Source: Candidatus Parcubacteria bacterium (GTDB lineage: Bacteria; Patescibacteriota; Patescibacteriia; Patescibacteriales; UBA12465). Taken from it: a stretch of 64,000 nucleotides of DNA. The stretch's first letter is position 1. Every line of letters starts with the position of its first letter. Both the position numbers and the translations under genes were made by a program. The notes under the pieces are model-generated. The model had not been told where the DNA came from. It saw nothing but the letters and a program-made list of their open reading frames with translations, and searched no databases. Positions 38,237 through 47,423 of the stretch are shown here, in pieces. The stretch covers positions 261,470-325,469 of the forward strand of contig AP029158.1 of assembly GCA_037076615.1 (NCBI GenBank), in the 5' to 3' direction.

Positions 38237-38297
38237 ACCAAGGCTAACTTGTTCTTGCACTCTATTTTCGCTATAATTAAATTATAAAAAACGACTT

Positions 38298-39065
38298 ATG
38301 GGAAAAATCCTCGCTGTTGTCAACCAAAAAGGTGGGGTAGGAAAAACTACCACCTCTGTTAATTTGGGTGCTTATTTAGCCGCGGCCGGTAAGCGCGTTT
38401 TATTGGTGGACTTGGATCCGCAAGCAAATGCTAGTTCTGGTTTAGGGCTCGATCCGGATAAGTTAGAAATGGGAATTTATGAGGCCTTAATTGGCGCGCA
38501 GTCAATTTATCGAGTAATTAAAAGAACTAAGCAGGATAATTTTTTAGTCGCCCCAGCTACCGTTTCTTTAGCGGGCGCGGGGGTGGAGTTGGTCTCTTTA
38601 GAGAACCGCGAGTTCCGTTTACAGGCAATTTTACAAGTCATTCAAGCGGAATATGATTATATTATTATTGATGGGCCGCCCTCTTTAGGGCTGCTCACTA
38701 TCAATAGTTTAGTCGCCGCTGATGAAATTCTGATTCCGATTCAAAGTGAGTATTATGCCCTTGAAGGTTTAGGGCAGCTGCTACAAACCATTAATTTAAT
38801 TCAAGAAAATCTCAAGCCGGATTTAAAAATCATGGGGGCGGTGGTGACCATGTTTGATCGTCGGAATAAATTATCCGGTTTAGTTTTGGAAGATTTAAAG
38901 AAAAATTTCCCCGGTCGAGTTTTTGACACCGTTATTCCTCGAAGTGTTCGTTTAGCGGAAGCCCCCAGTTTTGGCCGCAGTATCTTACAATATGAGCCAC
39001 GCGGTCGGGGCGGAAAAGCTTATCAAGATTTAGTGGCGGAAGTAATTTCTTTAGAGACTAAATAA
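38298..39065 (+). CDS. parA: Chromosome partitioning ATPase ParA/Soj
   Basis: Deviant Walker A NQKGGVGKTTT, with a conserved DLDPQ motif. Confidence 0.9.
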   Translation: MGKILAVVNQKGGVGKTTTSVNLGAYLAAAGKRVLLVDLDPQANASSGLGLDPDKLEMGIYEALIGAQSIYRVIKRTKQDNFLVAPATVSLAGAGVELVSLENREFRLQAILQVIQAEYDYIIIDGPPSLGLLTINSLVAADEILIPIQSEYYALEGLGQLLQTINLIQENLKPDLKIMGAVVTMFDRRNKLSGLVLEDLKKNFPGRVFDTVIPRSVRLAEAPSFGRSILQYEPRGRGGKAYQDLVAEVISLETK

Positions 39066-39077
39066 TTTAGACAGCCT

Positions 39078-39956
39078 ATGGCCAGCAATTTAGGGAGAGG
39101 ATTAGAGTCTTTAATCCCCAAAAAAACCCCGCAACATTTACCTAGCTCTGCTTTAAGTGAGGCCGGAGCGCCGCTTTTGGCGCCAACGGGCGAGCAAATC
39201 TTAGAGCTTGATCCAGAGCTGATTGCTATTAATCCTTGGCAACCGCGTCAAGAGTTTGCTCCGGGAGCGCTCGATGATCTAATGAATTCTATTAAGGAAC
39301 ATGGCATTATCCAGCCTTTAATTGTCACTAAAAAGGGACAGTCTTATGAACTGATTGCCGGGGAGCGTCGTTTACGGAGCGCCCGGAACTTAAGCTTAAA
39401 GACCGTGCCGGTTCTAGTCCGTAAAGCTGATGCGCAAAAAAAATTAGAATTGGCGTTAATTGAAAATTTACAACGCGAAAATTTAAACCCCGTTGAAACC
39501 TCCTGGGCTTACGATAAGTTAATGACAGAATTTAATTTATCTCAAGAGGCGGTGGCCAAAAGAGTAGGGAAGGCCAGGTCGACAGTGGCTAATTCTTTAC
39601 GTCTTTTAAGTTTACCGGAGGAAATTAAGACGGCTTTGGCTCAAAAACGTTTAAGTGAAGCGCATGCCAAATATTTATTAGGTTTGGAGAGTGAAGCTCA
39701 GCAGTTAAATGTCTTTCGAAAAATTCTCCGTCAAAATCTAACCGTCGCTGATACTAATCAATTAATTCGCCGACTTGGTGGCACAAAAGAGGCCCGAGTA
39801 AAAGAAGCTTCTTTGATAGATAAAGAGCAGCGGTTAATCAAGGCTTTAGGAACGAAGGTGACGATTGAAAAAAAAGTGAACGGTGGTCGGATAGTTATTA
39901 ATTTTTATAGCGACGAAGAGTTGGGGGGGCTGATAAAACGTTTAAGTACCGAATAA
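39078..39956 (+). CDS. parB: Chromosome partitioning protein ParB/Spo0J
   Basis: NPWQPRQ, the GERRLRSA arginine patch, and the HTH LSQEAVAKRVGKARSTVANSLRLL. Confidence 0.9.
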   Translation: MASNLGRGLESLIPKKTPQHLPSSALSEAGAPLLAPTGEQILELDPELIAINPWQPRQEFAPGALDDLMNSIKEHGIIQPLIVTKKGQSYELIAGERRLRSARNLSLKTVPVLVRKADAQKKLELALIENLQRENLNPVETSWAYDKLMTEFNLSQEAVAKRVGKARSTVANSLRLLSLPEEIKTALAQKRLSEAHAKYLLGLESEAQQLNVFRKILRQNLTVADTNQLIRRLGGTKEARVKEASLIDKEQRLIKALGTKVTIEKKVNGGRIVINFYSDEELGGLIKRLSTE

Positions 39957-39968
39957 TTTTTCGCTGTT

Positions 39969-39994
39969 AAGCCCGCTAAAAGCGGGCTTTTTTT
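39969..39994 (+). terminator. Rho-independent terminator after parB
   Basis: Stem gcccgc/gcgggc, 5-nt loop, then T7. Confidence 0.7.
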
Positions 39995-40071
39995 GAATTT
40001 TAAAAAGATTTGAAAAGAGTGGTTTAAGTTGGTATATTAGAAGGGGTAGTTTTTATTTTTTATATTTTTAC

Positions 40072-43000
40072 ATGTCTTTTGTCCACCTCCACAATCATAC
40101 TCATTTTTCGCTCTTAGACGGTTTAACTAAGATTGATGAATTAATAGAAAAAGCTAAAAGCGAGGGGTCTCCCGCCGTCGCCATTACTGATCACGGTGTT
40201 CTCTATGGCGCTATTGAGTTTTATCAGAAGTGTAAAAAAACCGGCATTAAGCCGATTATTGGTGTTGAGACCTATGTTGCGCCGCGGAGCCGTTTTGATA
40301 AGTTAGGCCGGAGCGATGCTAAAAATTATCACTTAATACTGTGGGCGGAAAATAATACCGGTTACCATAATTTAATTGAACTGATCTCCGCCGCTCATCT
40401 GGAGGGTTATTATTATAAACCGCGCGTCGACTGGGATTTATTAACTCGCTATCACGAAGGGGTAATTGCGGCATCTGCTTGTCTAGGCGGAGAGTTAGCG
40501 CAGATGATTTTAGCCGGCGATGAGGCGGGGGCGAAAAAAAGAGCGCAAGAGTACAATGAGCTTTTTGGGCAAGGAAATTATTATTTAGAAATCATGGATC
40601 ACCCCGAACTGGAGGGGCAAGCCAAGGTTAATGAAACTTTAATTCGCTTCTCTAAAGAATTAAACATTCCTCTGGTAGCGACTAATGATGTCCATTATCT
40701 AAAAAAGGAAGACGCGGAAGCGCAAGATATTTTATTGTGTTTGCAAAACAAAAAGAAACTGGCCGATAAGGATCGCATGTCCATGTTCGGTATGGGCGAT
40801 TATTCCTTCCGCTCGGTCGCCTCAATGAAAGAGGCTTTTAAAGACACTCCAGAAGCAATTTTAAATACCTTAAAGATCGCGGACCGCTGCAATGTAGAAA
40901 TTGATCTCGGGCATACGCAGTTGCCGCACTTTGAAGTGCCAGCCGGTTTTGATGGTGATTCTTACCTGCGACACTTGTCTGAAGAAGGTATTGCCGAGCG
41001 CTATCCAGGATTAAAACTGGACTCGGATGCCGCCCAGCCGATTTTAGAGCGCATGAATTATGAGTTATCGGTGATTGCTAAGATGGGCTGGCCGGATTAC
41101 TTTTTAATTGTCGCTGATTTCGTTAATTGGGCTAAAGATAATGGTATTGTGGTCGGTCCGGGGCGCGGCAGCGCGGCTGGATCCTTGGTTTGTTTTTTAA
41201 TTGGGATTACCAATATTGATCCTTTAAAATATAATTTACTTTTTGAGCGCTTCTTAAACCCCGATCGTATTTCGATGCCGGATATTGATATGGATTTCTC
41301 CGATGTTCGTCGCAACGATGTTTTGGCCTATGTTTCTAATAAGTATGGCTCTGATCATGTGGCCCAAATTATTACTTTCGGAACGATGGCGGCGCGGGCA
41401 GCGGTGCGTGATGTCGGGCGAGTTTTAGATTACCCTTATGATTTTTGTGATGGACTCTCAAAAGCGATTCCGATGTTTACCAAGCTTCCGGACGCCATTA
41501 AAAATGTCCCGGAGTTAAAGGAGCGCTATAATACTGAACCGGATGTGCGGAAAGTTTTGGATTACGCTTTGCGTCTCGAGGGAATTTCCCGCCATTCATC
41601 GACGCATGCTTGCGGGGTGGTGATTACACGGGGAAAATTAACTGACTACACGCCGATTCAATATGTTTCGGCGAGCGACAAATCAATAGTGTCGCAGTAT
41701 TCCGCTAACCCCTTAGAGTCTTTGGGTTTATTAAAAATGGATTTTTTGGGTTTAAAAAACCTGACCATTATTGAATCGGCTTTAAAAATTATTAAAAATA
41801 CGCGCGGCCTCAAGATTGATATTGAGACCATTCCTCTTGATGATGAGGCTACTTATAAATTATTTCAGAACGGAGAAACGACCGGCGTTTTTCAATTTGA
41901 ATCCTCGGGGATGAAGCGGTATTTAAAAGATTTAAAGCCGACCGAATTTGAGGATATTATTGCGATGGTCGCTCTTTATCGTCCTGGGCCGATGGAGTGG
42001 ATTCCCGATTTTATTAAAGGCAAGCATGGCGAAAAGAAAGTCACCTACCTTCATCCTAAGCTAGAACCAATTTTAAAAAATACTCACGGCGTCGCTATTT
42101 ATCAAGAGCAGGTGATGCAGATTGCTCGCGATCTGGCCGGTTTTTCCATGGGGCAGGCTGATGTGCTTCGGAAAGCGATGGGAAAAAAGATTTCGGCGCT
42201 CTTAGCTGAGCAGAAAGAAAAGTTTATTGATGGCTGTGTAAAAAATGGCATTTACCAGGAGCTCGCGGAAAAAGTTTTTTCTTTTATTGAGCCTTTTGCC
42301 GGTTATGGTTTTAACCGCTCCCACGCCGCTTGTTATGCTTTAATCGGTTATCAAACCGCTTATCTAAAAGCGCACTGGCCCGTGGAGTTTATGGCTGCCC
42401 TCTTAACCTCCGATCAGCACGACAATGATCGCATTGCGATTGAGATTGAGGAGTGTCGCAATATGGGTATTAAAATTATGCCACCGGACGTTAATCAATC
42501 TTTCGCCTCTTTTACGGTGGTGACGCCCAATACAGCTACCAACCAGGCGGTTGCTCCGGGTGAAGTTTTAGATACGATTCGCTTTGGTTTGAATGCCGTT
42601 AAGAATGTCGGTGAGCATATTGTGGAGGTGATTATTTCCGAGCGCAAAGAAAGAGGTCCTTACCGTGATTTGTTCGATTTTTTAGAAAGAATCACTGATA
42701 AGGATTTAAATAAAAAATCTTTAGAAAGTTTGATTAAGTGCGGCGCTCTAGAAAGCTGGGGCGAGCGCGGTTATCTATTGTCCAATAGCGAAAAACTTTT
42801 AAATTTTAATAAAGAAATTATAAAAGAGAAGGCCAGTCGACAAGATAGTTTGTTCGTTTCTTTGGGGGTCGAGAGTTTTAGTGCACGAATCACTTTAGAT
42901 AATTATCCGCCAGCGGGCCAAGAAGAAAAGTTGTCTTGGGAAAAAGAACTTCTTGGTTTGTATGTCAGCGAACATCCTTTTAATTTATACAAAAATCGTT

Positions 43001-43704
43001 TATTGGGTTATGCCGTGCCTTTGGTTAATTTATCAGGCCATCGCGGCGAGCGTTCGGTGGTGACGGCCGGAGTTATTAATACGATTAAAAAAATTATTAC
43101 CAAGAATAATGAGTCAATGTTGTTTGTAAAAATTGAAGACGCGGTGGCGTCAGTGGAGTTGTTAATTTTTCCCCGTCTTCTGAAAGAGACGGAGACGCTT
43201 TGGGTGTCCGGACGACCAATTATTTGCGAGGCGACGGTTTCGGAAAAAGATCAGGATATAAAATTATTAGTTAACACAGTGGCGGCTTTAGACCCGGATA
43301 ATTTAGATGCCAGTATTGATAATTTTAAGCGTGCCGTTTTAGCGCAGCGAGAAAATAATGGTAATGGTTCTTGGCGACGCAATAACTATCGCCGCGCTGA
43401 CAATAAAGCTTCTACCACCCCGGCCAAAACGACTCCGGCGCCAACCGCTCCGGTTGCGCCCCCGGCCGCCGCAACGACTAACCAGGTGCCGTTAAAAATT
43501 CTTTTTGAACAAGTGCCAGCGGCGGAAGAGCTGGAAGATTTAAAAAAGATTTTAGCAACTTATCCGGGAGAGTCAGAAACCTTGTTTAAAATTAAGCAGC
43601 CGAATAAAGATACCGTAATTAAAACGGGTTTAACGGTTAACATTTCTTCCTCGCTAGAAAAGGCGATTATCGAAAAATTTACGGGCCGCTTAAAAATTGT
43701 TTAA
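40072..43704 (+). CDS. dnaE: DNA polymerase III alpha subunit
   Basis: PHP domain FVHLHNHTHFSLLDG, with the polymerase core motifs PDIDMDF and FNRSHAACYA. Length is 1210 aa. Confidence 0.95.
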   Translation: MSFVHLHNHTHFSLLDGLTKIDELIEKAKSEGSPAVAITDHGVLYGAIEFYQKCKKTGIKPIIGVETYVAPRSRFDKLGRSDAKNYHLILWAENNTGYHNLIELISAAHLEGYYYKPRVDWDLLTRYHEGVIAASACLGGELAQMILAGDEAGAKKRAQEYNELFGQGNYYLEIMDHPELEGQAKVNETLIRFSKELNIPLVATNDVHYLKKEDAEAQDILLCLQNKKKLADKDRMSMFGMGDYSFRSVASMKEAFKDTPEAILNTLKIADRCNVEIDLGHTQLPHFEVPAGFDGDSYLRHLSEEGIAERYPGLKLDSDAAQPILERMNYELSVIAKMGWPDYFLIVADFVNWAKDNGIVVGPGRGSAAGSLVCFLIGITNIDPLKYNLLFERFLNPDRISMPDIDMDFSDVRRNDVLAYVSNKYGSDHVAQIITFGTMAARAAVRDVGRVLDYPYDFCDGLSKAIPMFTKLPDAIKNVPELKERYNTEPDVRKVLDYALRLEGISRHSSTHACGVVITRGKLTDYTPIQYVSASDKSIVSQYSANPLESLGLLKMDFLGLKNLTIIESALKIIKNTRGLKIDIETIPLDDEATYKLFQNGETTGVFQFESSGMKRYLKDLKPTEFEDIIAMVALYRPGPMEWIPDFIKGKHGEKKVTYLHPKLEPILKNTHGVAIYQEQVMQIARDLAGFSMGQADVLRKAMGKKISALLAEQKEKFIDGCVKNGIYQELAEKVFSFIEPFAGYGFNRSHAACYALIGYQTAYLKAHWPVEFMAALLTSDQHDNDRIAIEIEECRNMGIKIMPPDVNQSFASFTVVTPNTATNQAVAPGEVLDTIRFGLNAVKNVGEHIVEVIISERKERGPYRDLFDFLERITDKDLNKKSLESLIKCGALESWGERGYLLSNSEKLLNFNKEIIKEKASRQDSLFVSLGVESFSARITLDNYPPAGQEEKLSWEKELLGLYVSEHPFNLYKNRLLGYAVPLVNLSGHRGERSVVTAGVINTIKKIITKNNESMLFVKIEDAVASVELLIFPRLLKETETLWVSGRPIICEATVSEKDQDIKLLVNTVAALDPDNLDASIDNFKRAVLAQRENNGNGSWRRNNYRRADNKASTTPAKTTPAPTAPVAPPAAATTNQVPLKILFEQVPAAEELEDLKKILATYPGESETLFKIKQPNKDTVIKTGLTVNISSSLEKAIIEKFTGRLKIV

Positions 43705-43821
43705 GCAGTCGCTTTTTGTTATAATCTAAAGACGAAATAATTTTCTTTAGAAAATAATTAGTTACTCCATTCATTTTTCAAATATATTTCAAGATTTTTT
43801 TTCTTGAGTAAGTTTAATTTT

Positions 43822-45423
43822 ATGCCCAAAGAGAGCCCCAGCGGTAAAAAGAAAAATACGGCTAAAACTTCTAAGCCGGTTTCCAAAAAAACAGCTGCTT
43901 CCAAAAAAACAACTGCTTCCAAAAAAACTCCGGCGAAAAAGGCGCCGGTTAAAAAAACTCCGGCGAAAAAAGCGACCGCCAAAAAAAGTGCTGTTAAAAA
44001 ACCGGTGGCCCAAAAGTCGGCCGAAACCAAAGCTTCCAAAGTGAAGCCAGTTTTTGTTGACGTCATTGCTGATCAAGAAACAGAGGCGATCTTTGACAGT
44101 CCGGTTTATCGTCCCGATTATTTAGAGGAAAATGATGGTGAGGAAAATTTTTACAATAACGAAGTGGGTACTTTAGATTTTGAACCAACCGACAACAGCG
44201 CTTTTGATAAACAAAAAAACTTTTTTTCCGAGTTAATTGAAGAGAGCGAAGACTGGGATGGCGCTGAGGAAGCGGTGCCGACACCGGTAATCAGAAAAAA
44301 ACCGATTAAACTTTATCGCCGCCAGGCTTGGGGCTATATTGCCGCGACGATGGTTTTATTGGCAGCGGTTTTTTATATTTTTTCCGTTAAATTAACGGTG
44401 CATGTTTATCCGCAAGGAGCAGAAATAATTAATGACACCACAGAATTTACGGTGAGTTCGGCTTCGGAGTTAGATTCCGATAAGCCCCTAGTGCGCGGGG
44501 AAGCTAAAATTGTAGAACAGGTCGCCGAAAAAATTTATCAAGTCGAGACCGATGGTGAAGTCGATGATGTGAGTGGTCGCGTCCGCGGCACCGTTACTTT
44601 AGTTAATAAGTTGAACCGTAATCAACGTTTAGTGGCGACGACTCGGTTACTAACTGCTGATGGTCGTCTTTATCGTTTAGATGAAGCGGTTAATATTCCG
44701 GCCGGCGGGGAACTAGAAACAACAGTTTATGCCGATGAGTTAGGTCGAGATAAATTATTAAGCAATTCAGAGAAATTAACTATTCCTGGTCTATGGGAGG
44801 GCTTACAAAATAGTGTTTATGCTGAGGGTGGAGAATTTTTCTATCAAGCCGACACTCGGACGGTTATAACCCAAAAAGATTTAGATAAGGCCGCTGCCGA
44901 TTTAGAGGCGGTTTTAGACGAGAAGGCCAAAAATGAATTTAAGCCGGCCGCCGGACAAGCGACCGCCTATAAGCAAGTTCCCGATTCTTTTAAAGTTGAG
45001 TTTAGCGCTGAGGCGGGTGATATTGGAACGGAGTTTACAGCGACCGGCAAAAAGAGTTATGGTTTAGTCCGTTTTGCTAAAGAAGATGCCATTAATCTCG
45101 CTAAAAATAAACTCGCTCTGACTATCTCCGATGATCAGCGGCTAACGGGTTTTAATCCGGATTCCATTGTCTTTACTTTAGGTGAGTATAAAAATAATCC
45201 CGCTCAAGCGACCGTCACCGCTTCTTACTCTGGACAGATGGCGGCCACCGGTCAAAATATTCCTGTTGATCCGCAGAAGTTAACCGGTTTAAAGGAAGCG
45301 CAAATTAAAGATCATCTTGATACGATTCCGGAACTACGTAAATATGAATTAGAATTTTGGCCCCGATTTGTTAAAAGGGCGCCCTATTTACCAGACAGAA
45401 TTAGCGTGGAGCTAGCCGAGTAA
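43822..45423 (+). CDS. Membrane protein with a histone-H1-like lysine-repeat N-terminus and a large extracytoplasmic domain
   Basis: The ATG at 43822 is preferred over the TTG at 43804. KK-x-x-A pentapeptide repeats run over aa ~20-65, followed by an acidic segment and one TM (GYIAATMVLLAAVFYIFSV). The C-terminal region of about 350 aa is beta-rich. Confidence 0.65.
   Translation: MPKESPSGKKKNTAKTSKPVSKKTAASKKTTASKKTPAKKAPVKKTPAKKATAKKSAVKKPVAQKSAETKASKVKPVFVDVIADQETEAIFDSPVYRPDYLEENDGEENFYNNEVGTLDFEPTDNSAFDKQKNFFSELIEESEDWDGAEEAVPTPVIRKKPIKLYRRQAWGYIAATMVLLAAVFYIFSVKLTVHVYPQGAEIINDTTEFTVSSASELDSDKPLVRGEAKIVEQVAEKIYQVETDGEVDDVSGRVRGTVTLVNKLNRNQRLVATTRLLTADGRLYRLDEAVNIPAGGELETTVYADELGRDKLLSNSEKLTIPGLWEGLQNSVYAEGGEFFYQADTRTVITQKDLDKAAADLEAVLDEKAKNEFKPAAGQATAYKQVPDSFKVEFSAEAGDIGTEFTATGKKSYGLVRFAKEDAINLAKNKLALTISDDQRLTGFNPDSIVFTLGEYKNNPAQATVTASYSGQMAATGQNIPVDPQKLTGLKEAQIKDHLDTIPELRKYELEFWPRFVKRAPYLPDRISVELAE
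43882..44010 (+). repeat. Coding tandem repeat, 15-18 bp units (SKKTAA/KKTPA/KKATA...)
   Basis: Eight consecutive units start with aaaaaa(a): tccaaaaaaacagctgct, tccaaaaaaacaactgct, tccaaaaaaactccggcg, aaaaaggcgccggtt, aaaaaaactccggcg, and so on. Confidence 0.8.
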
Positions 45424-45435
45424 ATATTTACTAAT

Positions 45436-45470
45436 AAAAAAAGCGCCTCTTAAGAGGCGCTTTTTTTTTT
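45436..45470. terminator. Bidirectional terminator between convergent genes
   Basis: Stem gcgcctc/gaggcgc, 4-nt loop, with A7 upstream and T10 downstream. Confidence 0.7.
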
Positions 45471-45482
45471 GTTACTGATAAT

Positions 45483-46439
45483 TTAAAACAGTCCGAGGAA
45501 TTTAGAGCTCTTATTCTTCTGGGTCTTAATTTTCTTTTTACCCCGATAGACCGCCAATGCTTCCGCTAAAGTTGCTTCATGATTAATGATGAGGGCGAGA
45601 GCGGTGGCGAGTCGGACCGCCTCGTCTAAGGGGCGCTGGTGGAGATTACGACCGACCGCCATGCCACCAGCCTGAGCAGTATTAACTTGCTCCCAAGCTT
45701 GTTTTAATAAATCTTCGGCTTTTTGTTGACTACCACCGACGCAAATAATTTTCGTTTCGCCGGCGGCTAAAACCACTTCCTTAAATTTTTTCGCGGTGGC
45801 CGCTGGCGTTTTGCTGTAGGGGTATTTAGTTTTGACAAAGTCCGCCCCTAAAGCGGCGGCCACTCCGGCGCCACCAGCTATTGTCTTAATCGCGTTTTCA
45901 TTTATTTTCTCACCGCGCGGATACATCCAAATCACCGCCAAAAGTCCGTGCGTATGAGCGTCTTTTACTAGCTGCGCTGCTTCTTTTAACATCCGATCCT
46001 CATCTTGACCACCTAAATAAATGGTGTAGCCGACGCCTAAAATATTTAAGCCACTTTGTTCTTTAAAATTAATTACATCAGCGACTGACCACCAGGCTTC
46101 ATTGCTAACTGCACTATAATCTTTGTAAAGATTGGAACGTCCATTTATTTTTACTAAGTAGGGAACTTTCGGATATTTAGAGCCATAGCGAGCAATTAAG
46201 CCTAATTGAGTCGCAAAGACGCCAATTGGGGCGGCGGCGGCAATTTGAAAAAGATGTTCGGGGGAGGCATCGGCAGCCGCTACATTAGCGCCCACAAAAT
46301 CAGCGTTTAAATGCTCTACTTTTTGGTCGCCAGCAAAGAGCAGGAGGCGGCCACTGCCTAAGGTCGCGCGGTGTAGATTTTTGCGGTAGTCGGCGCGTTT
46401 TTTTAAGGGCACTGATAAAGGAACAATTGCTTGGTTCAT
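45483..46439 (-). CDS. Class I fructose-bisphosphate aldolase, DhnA/FbaB (archaeal-type) family
   Basis: TIM-barrel aldolase pattern GADFVKTKYP (Schiff-base Lys context), with the C-terminal GGMAVGRNLHQ that is typical of DhnA-family aldolases. Confidence 0.75.
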   Translation of the reverse strand: MNQAIVPLSVPLKKRADYRKNLHRATLGSGRLLLFAGDQKVEHLNADFVGANVAAADASPEHLFQIAAAAPIGVFATQLGLIARYGSKYPKVPYLVKINGRSNLYKDYSAVSNEAWWSVADVINFKEQSGLNILGVGYTIYLGGQDEDRMLKEAAQLVKDAHTHGLLAVIWMYPRGEKINENAIKTIAGGAGVAAALGADFVKTKYPYSKTPAATAKKFKEVVLAAGETKIICVGGSQQKAEDLLKQAWEQVNTAQAGGMAVGRNLHQRPLDEAVRLATALALIINHEATLAEALAVYRGKKKIKTQKNKSSKFLGLF

Positions 46440-46531
46440 AAAAAATAAGTAATAATAATTTTAAAATAGTTTAAAAACTTGGTTGAATATGATATTATTA
46501 AACCAGTTAAGCGCTTCAATTATATCATTTT

Positions 46532-47422
46532 ATGGCTCAAGGTAAAAGTAAGATTTCCGATGAGCAAATTAATGCTTATCAGGATCCTAGTAATATTGCC
46601 CCCAAGAATTTAAAAATAGGTCTCTGGATTGCTAATAATCGCCGCCGCCTTTACCGACTGTTGGTCGTTTTTTTAGGGTTAATCGCTTTGGTTTCAGTTG
46701 TTTATGCTCTTTTTGGTTTTGTTGAGTATAACACTATTGGCAGGGAGCGAGAAAAAACGCTGCTTTATTCTAGTGGTGGCGTAGATATTTCTGATTATCG
46801 CGAGCAGAATCGTCCGGAAGATTTAAGAATTAGTACGCCGCGAGCAATTGCCAGTACTGACGGCGCTGACTTAACGGTTCGCCTCGGCAATAGTAATGAT
46901 AAGCAGTACGCTTTATTTGATTTTTGTTTTATAAGCGGCGAAGATGAGGCCTGCGGACAAGATTTTATTTTACCGCAAGAACAAAAAGATATTTTTCTTT
47001 TGAATACTAACTTAGAAGCGAGCGCCGATGTTCGCTTTGTGATTAATCACATTCTCTGGCAAAAAATAAAAGCTTATGAGGTTCCCGATTGGTCTATTTT
47101 TCGGGCGGAGCGGCTTAATTTTGAAATTGCTGACGCTAAGTTTACCACCTATAGCAATGATGTTTCTTATTTGGAATTTACTATCGAAAATAATACCGCC
47201 TTTGGTTATTTTTCTGTGCCCTTAGATATTATGATTCGCCAGGGTGATAGAATTATGGCCGTTAACCGCTACGTAATCTATGATTTTTTGAGTCGCAGCA
47301 CCCGAGAGATTCGTCTCTTGTGGCCGGAAGGAGAGGCTCGGGGTGGTAGTATTGAGATTGTGCCTGTCTTAAATATCTTAAGCGACGCTATCTATAAACC
47401 CTACTCGGCCACGGACAACTAG
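46532..47422 (+). CDS. Hypothetical single-TM protein immediately upstream of the SEDS gene
   Basis: The TM is LLVVFLGLIALVSVVYALFGF. I recognise no family. Its stop is 1 nt before the next ATG. Confidence 0.6.
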   Translation: MAQGKSKISDEQINAYQDPSNIAPKNLKIGLWIANNRRRLYRLLVVFLGLIALVSVVYALFGFVEYNTIGREREKTLLYSSGGVDISDYREQNRPEDLRISTPRAIASTDGADLTVRLGNSNDKQYALFDFCFISGEDEACGQDFILPQEQKDIFLLNTNLEASADVRFVINHILWQKIKAYEVPDWSIFRAERLNFEIADAKFTTYSNDVSYLEFTIENNTAFGYFSVPLDIMIRQGDRIMAVNRYVIYDFLSRSTREIRLLWPEGEARGGSIEIVPVLNILSDAIYKPYSATDN

Positions 47423-47423
47423 T

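Noticed and set aside
38198-40071. oriC, DnaA boxes or a parS site near parAB.
   Set aside because: Scanning the intergenic regions by eye, I found no TTATCCACA-like or TGTTNCACGTGAAACA-like sequence. Absence by eye is not proof of absence.
43882-44010. A regular 15-18-bp tandem repeat that could be mistaken for a CRISPR-like or satellite array.
   Set aside because: The units are contiguous with no spacers, are in frame, and encode KKxxA peptides inside a long ORF.
43758-44076. Phe/Leu-rich minus-strand ORFs opposite the lysine-repeat region.
   Set aside because: They are reverse-complement artefacts of AAA/AAG-rich coding repeats. The plus-strand frame continues into a 530-aa protein.
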